Notes: generated by a model from the sequence alone, not told the origin. A stretch of DNA of 64,000 bases from an uncultured Ruficoccus sp. (GCA_965140785.1 OZ223519.1:96001-160000), one strand, 5' to 3'; positions 49,774 through 60,115 are shown, numbered from the stretch's first letter. Translations and numbers: made by a program.

Positions 49774-52244
49774 CGGTTGCGCTTGTTGCGGCGGGTTTTC
49801 TTCTCCTTGCCTTTGTCGTTGTCCTTACTTTTGTCGCTGTCCTTGTCTTTGCCTTTGCTTTTGTCCTTGTTCTTTTTCCTGGCGTTGGAAGGCTTGCGGG
49901 GGGATTTGAGCTTGGGCTCGGGTTTGTCCTTGGCGGTGAATTTTCCGCCTGGTCGGGTGAAGCCGAGTTCCGGGTCCTTCTCGACAATGTGGAAGTCGAT
50001 CTGGCGCTTGAAGCGGTCCACTCGCTCGACGGCGACCTGGATGTATTGGCCCAGTGAATACTTCTTGCGCCGGCGACGACCCTCCAGGGCGGTGCCGTCG
50101 TCGGTGAGGGTGTAGAGGTCGTCGCGCAGGGTGGAGATGTGCACCATGCCGAAGGCCAGGGACTGGGTCAGCTCGATGAACATGCCGTGGTTTTTGACGT
50201 CCGTGACGACCGCCTCGAAGACCGACTTGTCCTTCTTTTCCATCTCGCGCTCGAAGAACTCCAGCAGCTTGACCTTGACCGATTCGCGCTCGGCCTCGGT
50301 CGAGTTCTGCTCGGTCAGGGTGAGGTGGTCGGCGAGGCCGTCGAGGTCGCCCTTGGTGTACTTGAGCGAGACGCGGGCCGGGGCGGTGTCGAGCCCGTGC
50401 TTGGAGAGGTAGTAGTCGAAGAGCCGGTGGAGCACGAGGTCGGCGTACCGGCGGATGGGCGAGGTGAAGTGCCCGTAAAAGGTCTTGTAGAGCCCGTAGT
50501 GCCCGTCGGTCTGGGCGCGGTAGCAGGCCTGCTTGAGGCTGCGCAGGAACTGGATTTTGAGCGGGTGGTTCTGCGGATGCTCGTCGATTTTCTTGAGCAG
50601 GCGGGTGACCTCGGGGCGGTTGGTCAGGTCGCCCACGGCGATGCCGACCGTCATCATGTGATCGCGCAGCTCGTAGAGCTTGTCCGGGTCGGGTTCGTCG
50701 TGGACGCGGGAGATGAAGGGGATGCCGGCCTCAAAGAACGCCTTGGCCACGGCTTCGTTGGCCGCGAGCATGAACTCCTCGATGAGCTGGTGGCTCTCGT
50801 CGTTTCCGATGCTTTCGATGCGGTCGGCGTAGCCGTTTTCATCGACGAAGATTTTTACCTCGGGCATATCGAGGTTGAGGCTGCCCTTGGTCATGCGGGC
50901 GGTGCGCATCTTGGAGGCGATGTCCCAGAAGCGGCGGATCGTCTTCTGGATTTTGCGCATCTCGCCGTCGTCAAGCTCGGTCAAGGCGCGCCCGGTGGAG
51001 CCGGTCTGGTGGGCCGGGGGCAGCGGCGTGCCGCGGATCTCGTCGAGGTCGTCCTTTTTCAGGAAAGAGTAGGCCTGGCGGTAGGTGAGGCGCTTGCGGC
51101 TGCAGATGACGGTGTTAGCAAAGGAGGTGCCGGTGTGCTTGCCGTCGCCGTCGAAGTCGAGGAAGACGGCCTTGGTCAGGCGGTCCTCGTTTTCCACCAG
51201 CGAGCAGATGCCGTTGGAGAGGGCCTGTGGGAGCATCGGGATGACGCAGCCGACGAGATAGGTCGAGTTACCCCGTCGCTTGCCTTCCTTGTCCAGGGCG
51301 GAGCCGGGCTTGACGTAGGCGGAAACGTCGGCGATGTGAATGCCGATGCGGCAGCCGCCCTTGCCGGTTTCCTCGAACGAGAGCGCATCGTCGAAGTCCT
51401 TGGCGTCGTCCGGGTCGATCGTGAGGGTGAGCTTCTTGCGGCAGTCGAGGCGGCCCTTGATGTCGCGTTTGCGGACCTCGGAGGGGACGTTGGCCACTTC
51501 CTTGACCACCGAGTCCGGGAAGGTCGTGTCGAGCTTGTACTTGTGAAGGATGGCCTTGAACTCGGCGCCCGGTTCATGGGTCTTGCCTAAAATTTCGGTG
51601 ATAACGCCCTCGGGGTTGAGGTGACGCATCTTCCACTCGAGCAGGCGCACAACGACCTTGTCACCCTCCTTGGGCTTGGGGAAGACCTCGGCCTTTTCGG
51701 GCGGGGGCACCAGGATGTCGTGAATGATACGCGGGTCGTCCGGCACCACGTGGTGGTACATGCGGGACTGCTTGAGCGTGCCGGTCAGGGTGGGGTGGGC
51801 GCGCTGGAGCACACGGATAACGCGGGCCAGGGTCTCGCCTTCTTTGACCTGGGAGCGCCGCCCACGGCTGCGGCGGCGGCGGTCTTTTTCGTCGTGGAGG
51901 CGGACCAGGACCTTGTCCTCATGCAGCGCCACGCCGGTGTCCTCGGCCAGGATGGTAAGCGGCTCGATGGGGGGCTTACCGGGCTGGCGGTCAGGCAGCA
52001 GGAGCGCCCGGCCGCTTTGGCGGAACTTGATCGTGCCGCTGACCAGATCGGCGTCGCGGGGCTGGACGAAGCGGTCGCCCTTGACCTTGGCCACGAGGCC
52101 ATCGTCGAGGAGCTTGTGCAGCGTGCGGCGGAACTGCTTGCTCTCGCGTTTACTCAGGTCGAGGGCTTTGCCCAGGTCCTGTTGATTGAGCGGGACGTAA
52201 TCGTCGTGGCTCAGGGCATCGAGAATCTTGCGTTCAACCTCCAT
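49770..52244 (-). CDS. rnr: Ribonuclease R
   Basis: TIDPDDAKDFDDA, HFTSPIRRYADL, S1 domain and basic tail. Confidence 0.93.
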   Translation of the reverse strand: MEVERKILDALSHDDYVPLNQQDLGKALDLSKRESKQFRRTLHKLLDDGLVAKVKGDRFVQPRDADLVSGTIKFRQSGRALLLPDRQPGKPPIEPLTILAEDTGVALHEDKVLVRLHDEKDRRRRSRGRRSQVKEGETLARVIRVLQRAHPTLTGTLKQSRMYHHVVPDDPRIIHDILVPPPEKAEVFPKPKEGDKVVVRLLEWKMRHLNPEGVITEILGKTHEPGAEFKAILHKYKLDTTFPDSVVKEVANVPSEVRKRDIKGRLDCRKKLTLTIDPDDAKDFDDALSFEETGKGGCRIGIHIADVSAYVKPGSALDKEGKRRGNSTYLVGCVIPMLPQALSNGICSLVENEDRLTKAVFLDFDGDGKHTGTSFANTVICSRKRLTYRQAYSFLKKDDLDEIRGTPLPPAHQTGSTGRALTELDDGEMRKIQKTIRRFWDIASKMRTARMTKGSLNLDMPEVKIFVDENGYADRIESIGNDESHQLIEEFMLAANEAVAKAFFEAGIPFISRVHDEPDPDKLYELRDHMMTVGIAVGDLTNRPEVTRLLKKIDEHPQNHPLKIQFLRSLKQACYRAQTDGHYGLYKTFYGHFTSPIRRYADLVLHRLFDYYLSKHGLDTAPARVSLKYTKGDLDGLADHLTLTEQNSTEAERESVKVKLLEFFEREMEKKDKSVFEAVVTDVKNHGMFIELTQSLAFGMVHISTLRDDLYTLTDDGTALEGRRRRKKYSLGQYIQVAVERVDRFKRQIDFHIVEKDPELGFTRPGGKFTAKDKPEPKLKSPRKPSNARKKNKDKSKGKDKDSDKSKDNDKGKEKKTRRNKRNR

Positions 52245-52371
52245 AGGGGAAACATACACCCCCGCTGTCTGCGGGAGCGAGTGGAAAAGAATAACGCCCC
52301 GTTACGGTTCCTTTTCAAGTGCGCTGCGGATTTTATCCGGGAGGAGACGATGGCACTCTCAGAAAAATCTG

Positions 52372-52608
52372 TTTTTTAACCGCAAAGACGCAAAGGGCGC
52401 AAAGCGCTGCCGCTATGTGACGAAGAATCTCCTATGGCTGTACGCGTGCGTTGAAGACGTGCGCCCAATGATACCGGTTTTCGGTTAATTAATTTCCAAG
52501 CGATACCGCAGAGAAGAATGATGATTTTAGGAAATCTTACGCCGACTAGGCTGACGTTGAAAAACAGCGCCAGCGCTTTGCGCCCTTTGCGTCTTTGCGG
52601 TTAAAAAA
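52372..52608. repeat. MITE-like element with perfect 38-bp inverted arms of 9-nt periodicity
   Basis: TTTTTTAACCGCAAAGACGCAAAGGGCGCAAAGCGCTG at 52372-52409 and its exact reverse complement at 52571-52608. Confidence 0.85.
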
Positions 52609-52636
52609 ATAAAAACCGTCCGCTTGGCTTTTCCCT

Positions 52637-54319
52637 TTACGCTTCGGCGGGGACGCCGATGCCGTTGAGCAGGTTTGAGAAGTAGGGGATGACCTGCTTC
52701 TTGCGGCTGACGATCCCCGGCAGCTCGAAGATGTGATGCGAGCTACCCACCGGGGAGAAGGAAATCTGCTCGATGCAGGCCTCGTCGCCCTCGACCAGCA
52801 GGAGCGAGTTCTGGGTGTTGATGTCGGTCACCAGCAGGCAGGAAAAGGAGAGGCCCTCCTTTTGCTGATACTCGGAGAGAGCCCGCTGGATGTCGGCGGA
52901 CTTTTCCCAGAAATTGTTAAAGCCCAGCTCCTCGACCTGCGAGACGGAGTAGCGGATGTCGCCCTGCTCGTACTGCTTGCAGTCGGAGGTGATGACCTTT
53001 TCCGGCACCTCGGTCACGACGATGGAACCGGCGGTGAAAATCAGGTTGGCCAACTCGTCGGCCTCGACCCCGGCGATCTGCGAGAGCCAGGGCAGGAGGT
53101 TGGCGTCGCGCTCGGTCGTGGTCGGGCTCTGGAGGTTGAGCGTGTCGGAAATGATCCCGCCCATGAGCACCCCGGCGATCTGCGGCGAGGGGTCCATGCC
53201 ACGCCCGCGGTACAGCTCAGCCACGATGCTGCACGTCGAGCCGATGATTTCGTTGCGGAAAAGGATGGGCTGGGCGGTCGGCGGGTTCCCGAGGCGGTGG
53301 TGGTCCACGATCTCGACGATGTTGACCTCGCCGGCGCCGTTGACGGCCTGGCCCAACTCGTTGTGGTCCACCAGCACGAGGCGGGTGGTGACGGGCTTGA
53401 GCAGGTCGGTCTTGGTAAAGATGCCCTCCAGGCGGCCCGAGCCGTCCACCACGCAGTAGATGGGGGCGTTGCTCTGGGCGATACGGCGGCGCACGGTGCT
53501 GAGCTTTTCCTCCCGGTCAAAGGTAGTGACGTTCTTGCTGTTGACGAGCGGTCCCAGCTCGGTCGCGGTGCGGATGATCCAGGCGGTGGTGGCGGAGTCG
53601 AAGCGGCTGACGATCAGGCAGATGTTCTTTTCCTTGGCCATCTGGATGACGTCCTCCTCGATCTCAAGGCCTCCGGTGACGACGAGCAGGCGGACGCCGA
53701 ACTGGATCGAGCGCTGCTGGATGTCGTAGCGGTCGCCCACGACGATGATGCTCTGCTCGGGCGCGATTTCCTCGGTCTTGGTGAACTTGCCGAAGGAGCG
53801 CAGGTCCATCGCGCCAATGCGCACGTACAGATCCTCGACCCGTTCGGGTTCGATCATGTTGATCACGTCGGCCTCCAGCGCCTTGACGATATTGTCGATG
53901 CTGGTGTGGACGTGGCGCATCTTGCGCGGTTCGGTCGGCTTGGGGATGAAGAACTCGCCCAGGTCGAAGACCGAGACCACCCCGGCGACATGCTCGTTGT
54001 CATCGACCACGGGCAGGGCGCGGATGTCGTAGCGGTCGATCAGGTCAAGGGCTTCGGCGCAGGTAGCGTCCCGATGGGTCTTGCGGATCTCGCGGCGCAT
54101 GATGTCCTCCACGCGCGGGATGACGTCGCCCACATAGGTGGGCAGGGAGACGTTGAACTTCTTCAGGACGGCGTCAATGCGGGCGTTACTGTTACCGCAA
54201 CGGGCAGCCACGTAGCCGGTTTCACCGACCGCCTCCTTGAACGCCGCGTAGGCGATGGCGGAACAGATCGCGTCCGCGTCGGGGTTTTTGTGGCCGATGA
54301 TATAAGTGGTCGCTGACAT
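52637..54319 (-). CDS. ppaC: Mn-dependent inorganic pyrophosphatase (CBS-DRTGG type)
   Basis: GHKNPDAD, LVDHNE, VDHH, SDT and SRKKQ; internal CBS/DRTGG region. Confidence 0.92.
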   Translation of the reverse strand: MSATTYIIGHKNPDADAICSAIAYAAFKEAVGETGYVAARCGNSNARIDAVLKKFNVSLPTYVGDVIPRVEDIMRREIRKTHRDATCAEALDLIDRYDIRALPVVDDNEHVAGVVSVFDLGEFFIPKPTEPRKMRHVHTSIDNIVKALEADVINMIEPERVEDLYVRIGAMDLRSFGKFTKTEEIAPEQSIIVVGDRYDIQQRSIQFGVRLLVVTGGLEIEEDVIQMAKEKNICLIVSRFDSATTAWIIRTATELGPLVNSKNVTTFDREEKLSTVRRRIAQSNAPIYCVVDGSGRLEGIFTKTDLLKPVTTRLVLVDHNELGQAVNGAGEVNIVEIVDHHRLGNPPTAQPILFRNEIIGSTCSIVAELYRGRGMDPSPQIAGVLMGGIISDTLNLQSPTTTERDANLLPWLSQIAGVEADELANLIFTAGSIVVTEVPEKVITSDCKQYEQGDIRYSVSQVEELGFNNFWEKSADIQRALSEYQQKEGLSFSCLLVTDINTQNSLLLVEGDEACIEQISFSPVGSSHHIFELPGIVSRKKQVIPYFSNLLNGIGVPAEA

Positions 54320-54386
54320 GTGTATTAGAAAGTAACGATTCGGACAGTGTCCCGCATTTGGCCCGTTTCGTCAATGCCCGGAAAAC

Positions 54387-54416
54387 AAAAAGAGGCCCGG
54401 TCGAAACCGGGCCTCT
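54387..54416 (-). terminator. Terminator after the pilin-like gene
   Basis: AAAAAGAGGCCCGGT-cgaa-ACCGGGCCTCT. Confidence 0.8.
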
Positions 54417-54440
54417 GGGAAAGAATGTTGTTCCAGGCTC

Positions 54441-55202
54441 TTAGTTGGCGCTGGTCAGCGTCGCACCTTCGTAGTAGCCGGAGTTGCTGGAGGTGTTGAT
54501 GGCTGTGGCGATGTCGCTGGTGGACTGGTTTTCGCCGCTGGCCGAGCCCGGTGTCAGCTTGTATTCACCTTCAGTCAGGTTCGGGAACCATTCGACGTGG
54601 CCGTCCATGAAGGCGATGTGACCGCCGTCACCCTGCCAGGGGGAGGTCATTGTCCAGGTGCCGTTGTCCTGAAGGCCCTTGGTCCAGAGCAGCGGGGTGG
54701 TGGAGGTGGGGGCATTCGGGCTCATGCCGACCACAACGGCGTAGCTAATGACAGCCGGTTCAATTGCGTCCCATTCCGTCGAGGTCGTCCAATTTGTACC
54801 ATTCTTGATACCGATGCTGCGGGGCAGCACCGCGACAGTGGCGACGTCTTCGTCCGAGTCGATGAACCACAGGGAGGCGTCGGTCAGCTCCACATTATAG
54901 CCTAAGACTTCGGCCCAATCCTTGGAACTAGCAGCACTGTTAGTGGAGGGGTCTGTGCCCCCGACGCTGAAGGCGGTCCCACCCGTGATGACCTTCGTAC
55001 GACCGCCAGCATTCGAGTAATTGCTGTAGCCCATGGCGATCTGGCGCATATTACTGGAAGACTTGGTCTGGGCAGCCTTGGTCTGCACGGCGCCCACAGT
55101 CGGGATGATGATAGCTGCCAGAATACCGATAATGGCGATAACGGTCAGCAACTCGATGAGGGTGAAGCCTTTACGGGGCAGGGTATGAGTTTTATATGTC
55201 AT
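54441..55202 (-). CDS. Prepilin-type N-terminal cleavage/methylation protein
   Basis: KGFTLIELLTVIAIIGILAAI, SNMRQI and AFMDGHV. Confidence 0.9.
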   Translation of the reverse strand: MTYKTHTLPRKGFTLIELLTVIAIIGILAAIIIPTVGAVQTKAAQTKSSSNMRQIAMGYSNYSNAGGRTKVITGGTAFSVGGTDPSTNSAASSKDWAEVLGYNVELTDASLWFIDSDEDVATVAVLPRSIGIKNGTNWTTSTEWDAIEPAVISYAVVVGMSPNAPTSTTPLLWTKGLQDNGTWTMTSPWQGDGGHIAFMDGHVEWFPNLTEGEYKLTPGSASGENQSTSDIATAINTSSNSGYYEGATLTSAN

Positions 55203-55345
55203 GATGATTCGGGAGAGTTTCTTTTGGGTTAAAGCGACGTCCGCGGGGCGGAACGAGGGATAACGGTCTTCTACAGAGTACTATATCACCTCGGAGCGCC
55301 CGGTGGGTCAATTCTCTTTCTTCAGGGTGAATTATCGGTGTTTTC

Positions 55346-56626
55346 CTAACTTTTATAAGGCAGGGGAAAGCGTTCGGCCAGCGCGAGCATCTTGTCACGA
55401 GCGGCGGTGATCTGGGCCTCGTCTTCCAAGTTGTTGAGAACCAATGCGATGGCGTCGGCAATGACGGCCATATCCGCCTCCGTCATGCCGCGGCTGGTGA
55501 CGGCGGGCGAACCCAGGCGCAGGCCGGAGGTGTAGTAGGGCTTGCGGGTGTCGCCGGGGACGGAGCTGCGGCTGGTGGTGATGTTGGCCTGGTCGAGCGC
55601 GCGCTGGGCCTTGAGGCCGGAGAGCTCTGGGTGGCTATTGCGGAAGTCGAGCACCATCAGGTGGTTGTCCGTGCCGTTGCTGCAAAGCTCGAAGCCCTTG
55701 TCCATCAGCCCCTTGGCCAGCGCCCGGGCGTTGAGGACGATCTGGTGCTGGTACTTCTTGAAGCCCTCGGTAGCGGCATCCTTGAAGCAGACGGCCTTGG
55801 CCGCAATGATGTGCATGAGCGGGCCGCCCTGGTTCATCGGGAACACGGCCATGTCGATGGCTTTGGCGTGCTCGGCCTTGCACATAATGAGGCCGCCGCG
55901 AGGGCCGCGCAGGGTCTTGTGCGTGGTCGTGGTGACGAAGTCGGCGTGCGGCACCGGGTTCGGGTGCTCGCCGGCGGCGACGAGGCCCGCGATGTGGGCG
56001 ATGTCGGCCATGAGCAGGGCGCCCACGGAGCGGGCGATTTCGCCCATTTTCGCAAAGTCGATGGTGCGCGGATAAGCCGAGGCACCGACGGTGATCATCT
56101 TCGGCTTTTCCTTTTCGGCCATGGCGGCGAGCTCGTCGTAGTCGATCTGGCCGTTCTCGGGGCTGACGCCGTAGTGGACGACTTCGTAGTTGATGCCGGA
56201 GAAGTTGACCGGGCTGCCGTGGGTGAGGTGGCCGCCGTCGGAGAGGCGCATGGTCAGGATCTTGTCGCCGTGGTTGAGCATGGCGGTATAGACGGCGATA
56301 TTGGCCTGGCTACCGGCGTGCGGCTGCACGTTGGCGTGCTCGGCGCCGAAGAGCGCCTTGGCGCGGTCGATGGCGTGCTGCTCGACGATATCGACGAAGC
56401 CGCAGCCGCCGTAGTAGCGCTTACCGGGGTAGCCCTCGGCGTATTTGTTGGTCAGCACGCTGCCGGCGGCTTCCATTACGGCGGGCAGGGTGAAGTTTTC
56501 CGAGGCGATCAGCTCGATGTGCGTTTGCTGGCGGTGGCACTCCTGGCTGATGGCGTTGTAGATCTCGGGATCGAACTCGGCCAGGGACGCGGGATTGAGG
56601 GTCAAGGACTTGTCTTCGGTAGGCAT
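55346..56626 (-). CDS. glyA: Serine hydroxymethyltransferase
   Basis: [22 protein letters not shown] and [13 protein letters not shown]. Confidence 0.97.
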   Translation of the reverse strand: MPTEDKSLTLNPASLAEFDPEIYNAISQECHRQQTHIELIASENFTLPAVMEAAGSVLTNKYAEGYPGKRYYGGCGFVDIVEQHAIDRAKALFGAEHANVQPHAGSQANIAVYTAMLNHGDKILTMRLSDGGHLTHGSPVNFSGINYEVVHYGVSPENGQIDYDELAAMAEKEKPKMITVGASAYPRTIDFAKMGEIARSVGALLMADIAHIAGLVAAGEHPNPVPHADFVTTTTHKTLRGPRGGLIMCKAEHAKAIDMAVFPMNQGGPLMHIIAAKAVCFKDAATEGFKKYQHQIVLNARALAKGLMDKGFELCSNGTDNHLMVLDFRNSHPELSGLKAQRALDQANITTSRSSVPGDTRKPYYTSGLRLGSPAVTSRGMTEADMAVIADAIALVLNNLEDEAQITAARDKMLALAERFPLPYKS

Positions 56627-56703
56627 GGTAAAGGATTCATCTAAGGCGCAGAACGGCGCCGGAGTCAAGATGAGTTGATCAAACCGGGTTTGATCAAATG
56701 CAA

Positions 56704-56779
56704 GTTTACGAGTTTGAATGTTTGAGAGTTTGAGCGTCGATCAGAAATTCCGCATTCGCGGATTCTCCAACGTTCAAAA
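56704..56779. repeat. 8-nt-periodic repeat element, degenerate second copy
   Basis: GTTTACGA GTTTGAAT GTTTGAGA GTTTGAGC...TCTCCAACGTTCAAAAC; resembles 49128-49241. Confidence 0.6.
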
Positions 56780-56795
56780 CCGGGGCTGCTCGCCT

Positions 56796-57245
56796 TCAGC
56801 GGTCGTATTCCTGCTCGATGGCGGCGATTTTGTCGAGGCGGGCCTGGTGGCGGCCCCCGTCGTAGGGGGTTTCCAGGAAAATTCTCGTAAACTTGGCCGC
56901 CTCGTAGGCCGTCTGGTATTTCTGGCCGAAGCAGATGATGTTGGCGTTGTTGTGGCGGCGGGAGAACTCCGCCCCGTCCTCGTTGGAGACGACGGCGGCG
57001 CGGACGCCGCGGACCTTGTTGGCGCTGATGGAGATGCCAATCCCGGTCGTGCACACGAGCACACCGAAGTCGGCCCGTCCGGCGGCGACGTCCTCGGCCA
57101 CGGCCTTGCCGTAGTCCGGATAGTCCACCCGCTGGTGGTCGTAGGTGCCGCGGTCGAGGGCTTCGTGGCCCATTTCCTTCAGCACTTGGATGACGGCGTT
57201 TTTCAGGTCAACGCCGCCGTGATCGGCTCCGAGAGAGATTTTCAT
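56796..57245 (-). CDS. rpiB: Ribose 5-phosphate isomerase B
   Basis: GADHGG, VDYPD, CTTGIG, HNNAN and GGRH. Confidence 0.93.
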   Translation of the reverse strand: MKISLGADHGGVDLKNAVIQVLKEMGHEALDRGTYDHQRVDYPDYGKAVAEDVAAGRADFGVLVCTTGIGISISANKVRGVRAAVVSNEDGAEFSRRHNNANIICFGQKYQTAYEAAKFTRIFLETPYDGGRHQARLDKIAAIEQEYDR

Positions 57246-57247
57246 GG

Positions 57248-57751
57248 TCAGACAGAGGTCGGGTTCTTCAGCTCGTCGTAACGCTCCTTGAGGAATGCCA
57301 CGATGGACGGCACGGCTTCGACCATGCTGTCGCGGGCGGCCTCATAGGCGGGCAGGCTGCTGCCGAAGGGGTCGGGGATTTCGACATCGGCTCCGCCGCC
57401 CATCAGCTCCCGGAAAAGATAGATGTGGGGGGTGGTTTTTGCAAACTGCATCTCAATCATCTGGCGGTGCGACTGCGTCATGCAGAAAATCGCCAGCGAC
57501 TGGTCGATCAGTTCTTGGGTCAGGATCTGGCTGCGGTGAGAGGTCAGGTCCAGACTGACTTTTTTCAGCGCCCGTTCGGAATTGACCGAGGCCGGTTCGC
57601 CGGAAAAGGCGGAGACGCCGGCGGATCTGACCACGATCGACGAGAGGGGGCTGCCCTCGGCTTCCAAGGCATGGGCCAGGAGCTTCTCACCCATGGGGCT
57701 GCGGCAGATATTCGCCGTGCAGACGACGGTCACGGTGTTTCGGTCGGGCAT
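57248..57751 (-). CDS. Low-molecular-weight protein phosphatase
   Basis: VCTANICRSPM and IPDPF. Confidence 0.9.
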   Translation of the reverse strand: MPDRNTVTVVCTANICRSPMGEKLLAHALEAEGSPLSSIVVRSAGVSAFSGEPASVNSERALKKVSLDLTSHRSQILTQELIDQSLAIFCMTQSHRQMIEMQFAKTTPHIYLFRELMGGGADVEIPDPFGSSLPAYEAARDSMVEAVPSIVAFLKERYDELKNPTSV

Positions 57752-57758
57752 GCGTTGT

Positions 57759-58658
57759 TCAGGAAGGTGGCAGCAGACCCATCACTTGTAAAGCGACAAT
57801 CACATCCACCCCGCGTTGGAGGATCGCGTCCATGGGGGTATCTTCGGCGGCTGGGGCAGCTTCGCCGTCTGTCTCGGGAGGGGCATGAAGCTGCATTTGC
57901 AGCACGGCTTCGACCGGGGTGCCGCGTTCGACCAGGTGGTAGGCCAGGTAATCGGTTTGCGGGTCGGTCTCGACAGTCACGGACGGGGTCAGCCCTTGGC
58001 CGAGCAGGGACTGGCCGTCGGCGGTCAACAGCTCGCTCGTGAGCACATAAAAACCGTCCAGGCCGGGGATGGGCATGTAGGTTCCCGTCTGCCCGGCGGT
58101 GGGCGTGCCCACGGTGAGAATCTTCTTATCGGCCTGCAGGTTCGCCAACTGGACTTCGAGTTGCCCGGCGGTGCGGGCGTTGACGAGGACGATGAGCGGC
58201 TGGTCCGCGCCCAGCTCTTCCATTAGGGTGAGCAGGCTCAGGGGGGCGGGGGTGGCGCAGAAACGCAGGTCGAGGATGAGTTTCTGGGGGTTCTCGACCG
58301 CTTCGAGTTCATTGACGGCCTGGGCCGGGTCGTAAATGCGCAGGTAGGTGACGCCCCGGGGCAGGTCGGCCTCCAGCGGCGGGGCCGGGGAGTGCCCGGT
58401 GAATGTCGGCGGCGGCGCGGTCAGGACCTTTGCCGGGTAAAGCGAGGCCAGTCCGCGCCAGATCAACTCCTGCTCGGAGTGCCCGGCCAGCTCGTCGATC
58501 ACGAACACCGAGGCGGAACTGCCGGCGACCGCTTCCGGCGCGCGGCTGAGGGAGAGCGTTTCGGCTTCCCGCGCCCCGGTCCCGGCGGGCTGCGTAGCCG
58601 TCGAGATACCCGGCAGGCAGAGGGCGGCGGCCCCCAGGGCTGTCAGCAGCAAGCTCAT
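57759..58658 (-). CDS. Secreted S41 peptidase-like protein, degenerate active site
   Basis: YLRI, LILDLR, VLVNARTAG, VGTPTAG and GQGLTP. Confidence 0.6.
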   Translation of the reverse strand: MSLLLTALGAAALCLPGISTATQPAGTGAREAETLSLSRAPEAVAGSSASVFVIDELAGHSEQELIWRGLASLYPAKVLTAPPPTFTGHSPAPPLEADLPRGVTYLRIYDPAQAVNELEAVENPQKLILDLRFCATPAPLSLLTLMEELGADQPLIVLVNARTAGQLEVQLANLQADKKILTVGTPTAGQTGTYMPIPGLDGFYVLTSELLTADGQSLLGQGLTPSVTVETDPQTDYLAYHLVERGTPVEAVLQMQLHAPPETDGEAAPAAEDTPMDAILQRGVDVIVALQVMGLLPPS

Positions 58659-59926
58659 TCGCGGGCGAGTTGGCGGTGGCCGATATCGCGGCGCAGTTGC
58701 GCGCCCTCAAAGCTGACCTGATCGCACAGGGCGTAGGTCCGGTCGGCAGCCTCCTGAAGGGTTTTTCCGGTGCCGGTGATCCCGAGTACGCGCCCGCCGC
58801 TGGTCACGATGGTGCCGTCTTCGAGCTGCTTGGTTCCCGCGTGGATGATGGCCGTGCCCGGCTCGGCCGTGGCGGGGAAGGAGATCGGCTTGCCCTTGTC
58901 GTAGCCGCCGGGGTAACCGGCGGCGGCCATGACCACGACCATGGCGAACTCGTCGCTGATCTTGACCTCGGCGGGCTTGAGTTCGCCCTTGGCGCAGGCG
59001 AGCATGAGCTTGACCGGGTCGTCCTTGAGCAGGGGCAGGAGCACCTGCGTCTCGGGGTCGCCGAAGCGTACGTTGAACTCGACCACCTTGGGCTGGCCGC
59101 TGACGATCATGATACCGATGTAAAGGGTGCCGCGAAAGGTGATGCCGTCGGCTTCCAGCCCCGTCAGGGTCGGCTCGATGATTTCCTTGATCACCTTGTC
59201 GTTGACCGCGGAGGTGACGACGGCAGCCGGGGCGTAGGCACCCATCCCGCCGGTGTTCGGGCCGGAGTCGCCCTCGCCGATGCGCTTGTGGTCCTGGCTG
59301 GGGGGCAGCATGACGTAGTCGCGCCCGCTGACCATGAGCGTGATGGAGGCCTCCTCTCCGTCCATGAACTCCTCGATCAGGATCTCGTGGCCGCTTTCGC
59401 CGAAGCTGTTGCGGATGAGCATGTCGTGGGCGGTGTGTTCGGCTTCCTCGAAGCTTTTGGCAATGATCACGCCCTTGCCCGCGGCGAGGCCGTCGGCCTT
59501 GATCACGACGGGGTAGGACTGGTCTTTTAAATAGGCCAGCGCCTCGTTGAGATCGGTGCAGCGCTTGCCCGCAGCGGTGGGGATCTGGTGGCGCAGCAGA
59601 AAATCCTTGGTAAAGGTCTTGCTCGCCTCCAGGCGGGCGGCGGCTTTGTTCGGCCCGTAGGCGGGGATGCCGACGGCCTCCAGCGCGTCCACCACGCCCA
59701 GGCTCAGCGGTACCTCCGGCCCGACGATGACGAAGTCCGCCTTTTCGGACTGGGCCAGCTTAACCGTGGCCGGGACGTCCTCGACTTTGAGGGGCACGCA
59801 GCGGGCCTCGGCCTGCATCCCGCCGTTACCGGGGGCGGCGAAGACCTCGTCCACCAGGTCGCTGGCGAGGCAGGATTTGAGCAGGGTGTGTTCGCGCCCG
59901 CCCGAACCGATGATCATCACTTTCAT
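58655..59926 (-). CDS. purD: Phosphoribosylamine--glycine ligase
   Basis: GSGGREH, KADGLAAGKG, GPNTGGMG and EFNVRFGDPE. Confidence 0.97.
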   Translation of the reverse strand: MKVMIIGSGGREHTLLKSCLASDLVDEVFAAPGNGGMQAEARCVPLKVEDVPATVKLAQSEKADFVIVGPEVPLSLGVVDALEAVGIPAYGPNKAAARLEASKTFTKDFLLRHQIPTAAGKRCTDLNEALAYLKDQSYPVVIKADGLAAGKGVIIAKSFEEAEHTAHDMLIRNSFGESGHEILIEEFMDGEEASITLMVSGRDYVMLPPSQDHKRIGEGDSGPNTGGMGAYAPAAVVTSAVNDKVIKEIIEPTLTGLEADGITFRGTLYIGIMIVSGQPKVVEFNVRFGDPETQVLLPLLKDDPVKLMLACAKGELKPAEVKISDEFAMVVVMAAAGYPGGYDKGKPISFPATAEPGTAIIHAGTKQLEDGTIVTSGGRVLGITGTGKTLQEAADRTYALCDQVSFEGAQLRRDIGHRQLARE

Positions 59927-60042
59927 ATCAACAAAATGGCTGTGGGGTTATTTATGCTTCCCGCCATCGTGGTTATCGGCTTATCCCTTGTCTAGGCCGT
60001 TTCTCGAAAAACTCGGGACGCGGCGGATAGACTTTTGTTAAT

Positions 60043-60115
60043 CTCACACGGAGGCACAGAGGATTTGAACTAGATATAAATTACAAAACTCCGTGCCCCG
60101 GTGCCTCCGTGTGAG
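60043..60115. repeat. Inverted 9-nt-periodic repeat element (CACGGAG type)
   Basis: CTCACACGGAGGCAC...GTGCCTCCGTGTGAG with perfect 15-bp arms. Confidence 0.75.

Noticed and set aside
49800..49875. 6-nt-like tandem repeats at the 3' end of rnr
   Set aside because: They encode the ordinary K/D-rich basic tail of RNase R
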